DNA of 64,000 nucleotides from Zancudomyces culisetae HAW-14-8 (Eukaryota > Fungi > Kickxellomycota): positions 1-64,000 of the forward strand of contig JBNJNM010000008.1 of NCBI GenBank assembly GCA_052426225.1. Reading direction: 5' to 3'. The position numbers and the translations under genes were made by a program. Position 1 is the stretch's first letter; the number at the start of each line of letters is the position of its first letter. This document shows, piece by piece, positions 57,433-64,000 of this stretch. Under the pieces are notes generated by a model. That model had not been told where the DNA came from and ran no database searches. It saw only the letters and a list, made by a program, of their open reading frames with translations.

Positions 57433-58175
57433 TTAAAAAGATACAGGTTGTTGAGCGAGTACGGTCTGATACTCGCCTGTTGTCGGGTTTTTCATTAGCA
57501 AAAAGGCTTGATCAGCAAGCTCTCTAAATGAGTCATGTGACTCTCTGGAATCCACGTCCATATTGGTGGCTCCAGAGCAATCACTGTCTGATGAATAACA
57601 ACCTTCATCTTTGGCCTGTGTATCCACGCTAATCTCAGTCTATGCATAAGACCTGACATATTAATTGAGATTTTAATTTTTAAAGTATTATAAGCTTAAC
57701 TAGCCGTAGCACTATTATCTTTTTTAGTTATAACTAAAACCAATATGTTATCCATTTGAAAATATTCTTTCTTTATTTTCTCCTTCACTTATAAAATATT
57801 AACTACTAAAAGAGCTAAGGAATCCTCATTGAGTATTCCTTCGCTTATATATATCCTATTTAATTAAACCCACTAAAACTAATTCAATCACCCTATTTTT
57901 AATACTTGTTATACAGAGTTTTTACCTGTGGTTTCGTTATTATATTCGTTTTCTTACTCTTGTTGTTCATATATTTGAATGTTGAGTTACTATAACCTTT
58001 TTAATTGTATTTTTCATTTTATAATTTTTTTTTGATTAAACAGTTTTTTCCAATTCGCTAAATAGTATTGCAATATTAGTGATCAGCTTTAATTTCCTTT
58101 TGTTGATGATCATGTAGCAAATATAATATATAATTTTATTAATGAATCCCTATTTACATCGGGATACACACGACT
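57433..58175 (-). mobile_element. Unclassified repeat remnant b, copy 2
   Basis: Duplicate of 40369-41111. Confidence 0.55.
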
Positions 58176-58678
58176 TATTTTAATTTATACAATTTCTATT
58201 AGTTTTTTAAAAAAAAAAAATTATTAAATAAACATTAATCAAACAAAGATTAAATTATAGTTTAAAATGGATAGCAAGAAGAGTATAAAAACTAATGCTA
58301 GTAGAAAAGAATTCAATTGACAAAATAATGTTGAGTACACAGAAAAATTACATTTAGGCTTCTTCACTCATAAAAACTAGAGTTTGGAGTCTCCATAGAT
58401 TTATTAATTATAATTTAATGTTAATGTTTTAATAAAACACAAAATACATCAAACTCTTCAGTTATCTTGATTTCACGCTTTAATATCAAATAAATTTATA
58501 TTGATAAAGTAATAACTTAATCATCACTTTCTAGTACAACTTTGTATTTTCTATATTCCATTTAGGTACAAAATAACTAAAAATAATGTTTAACCCAAGT
58601 GTAAATGATTAATGCAAAAAAGTGAAACTATGCAGCAATAAAAGAGTTATGAACATTAGACGAGTGATTTTCATCAGT

Positions 58679-59104
58679 TTATGGGAATGACCAGTAAACT
58701 GAATTTACAAGACCACCGATTCCATACTGCATATCTGCGGGGGTATACCATACTTGTCTTGATTCGGATCGGCAACTACCATCACATCTTTTTCCAGTGC
58801 AGAACGTTATTGTTCCCTCGCCGGGTGTGCCACCATTTAGCTTACTTGAATCAATAGGTGGCACCTCGTAGCACCGATTTGGAGTAACTGTTTTGAAACC
58901 AATTCTACCTCTAAAGTAACTTTGTGAATACAATTCAAGGTCCAAAGTTTTTCCGGGAATCTGATAAACACTACCCACTGAACAGAAATTGCGGTTGTCG
59001 TCATCTTGTCTTTTAGAAATATTTGTCTGGGTATCTGGAATGCTAGCACCAGCTACAAGCTTTGAGGCAATCAAAACTGCGGTTGTCAACAAAATATTTA
59101 CCAT
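58679..59104 (-). CDS. Crystallin-like secreted paralogue A, further copy
   Basis: Same protein as 41615-42040. Confidence 0.88.
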   Translation of the reverse strand: MVNILLTTAVLIASKLVAGASIPDTQTNISKRQDDDNRNFCSVGSVYQIPGKTLDLELYSQSYFRGRIGFKTVTPNRCYEVPPIDSSKLNGGTPGEGTITFCTGKRCDGSCRSESRQVWYTPADMQYGIGGLVNSVYWSFP

Positions 59105-60792
59105 CTTATTTTATTTTTTGATTATTTCAAGCTATTCACCTTTTATCTAGGATAAAATTCTAAACTTTTTTGAATTGTATAGAATAGGATTCTGAAAAAA
59201 ATCTGGACTTTTTATACTTTTTGTTGTTGTGATCCTCTTCTTTGTAAGTATAATGGTGTATTGAATTAAAATTTACTAGTGAAAATAGCTAGATAGCTGG
59301 TAACAATGACTTACAACTATTGTCATGATATCCGAATTAATCGGAAAATCGTTCCTCTAACAGCTCGCTCAAAATAGTACAACTGTTTTTAGATCATGAA
59401 TTAAAAAGTTGATTAATAGGTATCAGACTTCACATTTAATGGGCATAACTTGTTTTATGATACCTAATGTCAATGCTTTTACCTTGATGTTCTCTAAAAA
59501 TTAAAGAAAAACAAAGGCTTTTACTTAGAGAATCAATATTTTTGGCCGTTTACATTTGAACGAAAGAGAAAAAAAATTATTTTTAGTAATCTATTCCGGT
59601 TTTTGAGGGAAATGTAAAATCTAAAAAAAGAAATACTACAATGAGTCTAAGAAACACATTTATTCACAAACTAGCACAACTCCTAACAACGAAAAAAGAC
59701 TTATCACAGTATAGATGGTACTGGTGGCTTTCAGGGTTTGTAAATTATTTTATTATGTACTAGATTACCCGAAGTGCACCAGTTTGTTGAAAATATTAAA
59801 TCTATTTTAAATCATATCGTAATCAGCATTTATAATTTGTTGAATATGTTGCATATACCTAAATAATTGTGATTCGAGAATATTTGTAGTGATAGATGTA
59901 CCGAGTTCTTATTGGTTGAAAGATTTGTTCAAGTTCTAGCACTTAATTGATTAGCTCATTTTAAGCAAATATGGTTATTAACCTCACTTCGGGATTATAG
60001 TACGAATTATATTTATGCCTTTAGAGATAATTGACATATTAATTAGGCTCTTCTACATGTTAATTTCAAGACTAGGTAGGCGCATGATTCTAATTTAGGT
60101 AATTTAATCTTTTTATAAATAAGATTTAATGAGCAACTTTTAAAAACAATCTTAAATGTTGAAGGAAAAAGGATCAACATTAAAAACTCGCAATTTCACA
60201 ATAAATCGAACCGACACCTTGGAGTATACTATTGAAACTCCAGTATTTACATACTAAATAAAAACAAGTATGAGGCTAGGGTAGTCTCCTGGTTGACCAT
60301 GCCACATATAAAGATTAATATTACTTTATTGGGCTTTGTTTACTTATAATTATAAGCCAAGTGTACTCTTTTTGATGAAAACATGTAAATATTTATTCAT
60401 AAGGCTATTATTTAGACATTAAAAACAATTTGATTCCGTTCTTTTCTATCTTTGTAAGAATGTTTTGCACGTTACTTTAGCTTTCAAATAGCTTAATATC
60501 GGGATATATTAAGGTCATTATTATTAGGTAAACTGAAAGCATCATTAGCATATGAATACATCACATTGTGTGATTGATAATACACCTTGATTTAGAACAC
60601 GGGTTAATTCTACTCACTTGTTAATACCAAAACGCTTTTGAATAATTTATTAGTGTAAGTTCTACCTTTCCAGAGGCTAGAAACTTGAAATCTACCTTGT
60701 CTTTTAGAACGCCCTTTGGTCTTGTTGGGTATGAGGTGTACTCCTTAGGAAGAGATCAAAAAACGTAATTTTAGATTTATAACAAATTTGTA

Positions 60793-60799
60793 ATTATTA
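60793..60799. other. Empty DIRS target site (ATTATTA)
   Basis: TTTGTA-ATTATTA-CCAATC joins the left and right flanks of the DIRS insertions with a single copy of the core. Confidence 0.95.
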
Positions 60800-61637
60800 C
60801 CAATCTAATAATTAAACTCAATGAATGCCTCTTGTCGGGAAGTATCGAAATAAGGAGTACTATTCCTTGAAATTGCAGGGACGGATCATTTTGTCGGTTT
60901 TACATCTTTTTCAAGGACGTATAATAGTTTATGGGTCTAATTTCTCCTTTTAATGGGAATTTTGTGGAATAGTGTTATTTTTAGATGAATTAAAATATCG
61001 CTTTAGATAAACCTTCTCAAGTAGTAAATCGATTTTGAATGTGTTATTTTTATTATTTTTATTACATAACCGCTTTTACTTGCTGGAATTAAACGCACTT
61101 AAATTATCGGAACAGAATTAGTGTTGATTAGATAATAATTACGCAAATTTTTTCAATCTACCAGTTACAATAAGGGCACAATTCATGAGCAGAAAAAATT
61201 GCTCTACTACCTTATAAGATTACTAGTTCTAGTATACCACTACATTGTAAGCGAGGCTAGCAAATATAGAAAAGTTGTCAAAGATTAAAATTAGAAGCTA
61301 TGAATTACATAACACCTAAATTATCATTTTTTAGTACACTTTTATTCAGCCTAATGCTTTGAAACCTAGATGCTTTCGACTTTCTAAAAATAGAACATTT
61401 TTTAAAATATATTGGAAACACTAAAATTGGTCACCTTACGCAGTTTCAAGAGTAGTATAGATGTAACAGAGAGAAAAAAAAAAGTATAAAATGTTCAGAA
61501 TATCGTTGAAACAAGATGTACATCAACAATTGAAGTTTCTTTATACAACACAAAAAGACATATTATAGTCATCATCATTTTCATACTGCATCAGCGCATT
61601 AGCTTGTCACAATTATAATTAAAATCAAGAATCAAAT

Positions 61638-61997
61638 GTGGTAAAGTCAACACTAGCACTTCTCGCGGCCGTAGTTTCTACGTTTCCAGTAAATGCTAAA
61701 TTCCAAACCCTGCATGCCAAAATATTTTCAGGATATCGATTTTCTGGTGCTGTCGTGGATGAACTCCAGATGGTAAAACATCAATGTTATAACATTAACC
61801 CTGGCAGATCGGGGCAATACCTTAACCCCACTGATAGATCAGGAGCACTACTGATGTGTACAGAAAAGGACTGTTGTGGTGTATGTACAACAAACGCCAA
61901 TTTTATAAGAACCGGTCTTTGGGACTTCTATTTGGATATCCCCACACCGCCCCTTTCAATGAAATGGGTAGCATTTGGTCAAGCTGCTAATGAATAA
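61638..61997 (+). pseudogene. Crystallin-like paralogue B' (variant C-terminus, GTG instead of ATG)
   Basis: Identical to B up to GALLMC, then TEKDCCGVCTTNAN..; start reads AAATGTGGTAAAG (GTG in frame; overlapping ATG gives ATG TGG TAA). Confidence 0.7.
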
Positions 61998-64000
61998 ATT
62001 ATTACTTTATAGCGTAGCTTAGTTGGTAGTAAAGTCATTTTTATTTATTTGGGAGGTATACTTTAATAAAGTATCAATTGTTTCCAAACTGATGAGCATA
62101 TTAACTATAACTAGTTGAAAATATGACTAGCTCACACAAAGATGAATTTCACTTTGCCATAAATTTAATAAATATCAAAAAGATTAGTAGGTAAAAAATC
62201 CCATATAATATCTACTATGTAATTCTTTGTCGACTTTCTAGAAGATTACATACCTACTGGTTGTTCGTTCAAAGAGAATATTCTATTTTGAGTAGATCTA
62301 TGATAATAACCTTGGCTTGAACGATTCTATGTCAGAAACTCAGTATGTTCAGCTAAACTAAGGATAGTAACTTTGATCATGCCTACACTACCACTTTCCT
62401 TCACTTTTTTTCCTGTCTTTATTATTTCCGGAACATGTTCAAAGAATATTAACTGGTCTGAAGTTCATTCATTTGACTCGGTAGAAGATCTTATTGCCTT
62501 TTATTTTGTTAGAATTATATCTTCAACCTTTAATACAACTATTAAATTTTAAATTGTAGGTTAATTCAGTTCTGTTAATTTCATGACATTATACGTTGTA
62601 TTTCTATTTAAAACCAAATATTAGAATTAATAAAGCATATTTTATCAATTAGTCTATATCCATGATTTAAATAGTCAAAAAAAATACAACGAGACACAAG
62701 CATAGTATGCAGATAGCTTGTTTTTTCTTTTCTATTTCCAGTACAGATGTACGGTAAATGATGAAAATGGTGTGATCTGGTTTATATGATATTTGTATAA
62801 AAAAATAAATACCAATTAAACGTATTTCGGTCTTGTGTATTATTTTTATTATCAATGTTGAGTAATGTACCAAAATGAGTTTGAATAGGAACCAAAAAAT
62901 AAATTTTATTGATTCTGGCTAGATATAATGATATAAAGCTTGATTTAAAAGTATCGTTTATCCTACCATCCCAAACTAAATCCGTGGGATCTTTTCTCAT
63001 TTCAGTTCACGACAGCTGTATAAGATACTGTAATTAGTTTTAAATCTACAAGGTATTAAATATATTTTTATTATCGAATGAAACATACAAATTCTAATAA
63101 TATCAAAAAAAAACTATAAGAATTGATTATCTAGTTATAGCTAGAGTTGTGTATCTATATTTTAACAGTGCTTTTCTGATAGAATGGTGTTTTTCTTACA
63201 ACTACATACCAGATTAGTTAAATAAGTAAAGATAAAATATTTTAGGACAAACGAGAATATACAACTATCATTGGCATTGGAATTGATTTGTCTCCAGTGC
63301 GATAGAAATAAATTATTTTTAGGGATAACCCTATAATATTAAACATTCTTTCCGATATGAAATTAAAATCTACTAAAAAACAATTTATGCTAAAAGTTAA
63401 AAGAGTAAAAGAAGCATTTTACACATCCAGTACATAACTTTGTATGATATTGGTTATATGTGTTGTGGTTAATCCATTTCAAATATCTACTTATATGTCT
63501 AGCGTTAATTTCAAATTACGTTTATCTAGTCGATAAGGTACAATCAAGACATTTGCATTGCTAGTAATCTACAAAGAGATGGATACTCTACTCAAAATAT
63601 CAGACCAACAACCCAAATGATTTTCATTTAAACACTTTGAATTTTTGTGTAAAATTTAGAGGAAATTAGTGTATCTGTACCAACCACGATCAGTATGTTG
63701 TTATAATAATAGACTGCAGTGTTCAAATCAGTAGTCATTTAGCTTGAAGCTATTTTCTAAGGTCTAATCCACCTGTCGATTGATGCTGAAAAAAAATTTT
63801 ATAAGCATTTATATAGGATATGACATACTATTCTGCAAAAATCTGGTAAGAATTGTGTTGAATCATCAAACCTATCCCAATAGTATTAGTCAAAATAAAA
63901 CTAAACTCATAAATCAGCCACTTTTGTAAACCCTTTTAATTCTACCGGAATATATGCCACTTGAAAAGAGCATGTAAAGTAGATAAATTGAGCAATACTT

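Larger units (their letters stand above)
24624..61860. repeat. Tandem segmental amplification, period 17,064 bp (units 24624-41687, 41688-58751, partial 58752-61860 without DIRS)
   Basis: All ORFs recur at +17064; only two SNPs noticed (26099 G vs 43163 T; 26641 T vs 43705 A); both array ends fade into diverged paralogous sequence. Confidence 0.97.

Noticed and set aside
62330-63000. ORFs 62667-62873 and 62782-63000 and a nearby open stretch
   Set aside because: AT-rich, low-information translations without motifs; a spliced or decayed gene cannot be excluded but is unsupported.
1-64000. CRISPR arrays, rRNA, tRNA, prokaryotic operons
   Set aside because: None seen; the window is a eukaryotic chromosome end.

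Overview
Left end of a eukaryotic chromosome, most likely an early-diverging fungus (inferred from the TTAGGG telomere, AT-rich intergenic DNA, chromoviral Gypsy, DIRS1 and Penelope-like elements, and intronless small secreted genes). Layout: (1) 1-1194 telomere, (CCCTAA)n with an inner block of variant CCCTAT repeats. (2) 1195-6906 near-intact chromodomain Ty3/Gypsy element directly abutting the telomere. (3) 7034-18756 degenerate LTR-internal-LTR-internal-LTR tandem of a second Gypsy family; each copy was hit independently by the same 140-bp TGTCA..TGACA element. (4) These insertions split a decayed, endonuclease-less Penelope-like retroelement (6907-7033 plus 18757-21743) that the ORF track misses; it is in telomere-primed orientation and ends in CCTATCCCTAT. 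(5) About 24.6-61.9 kb is a near-identical 17,064-bp tandem amplification (2 full units plus a partial third). Each unit carries six small secreted-protein genes (four beta/gamma-crystallin-like Cys-rich paralogues, one candidate aerolysin-like protein, one Kex2-type Tyr/Gly-rich peptide precursor) and an intact DIRS1 element. The third unit shows the empty DIRS target site. Highlights: the subtelomeric secreted-protein cassette diversified by promoter/signal-peptide swapping and patchwork conversion, the telomere-PLE-CCCTAT link, and the 7-bp ATTATTA DIRS crossover core. All alignments were done by eye; no database searches were run.
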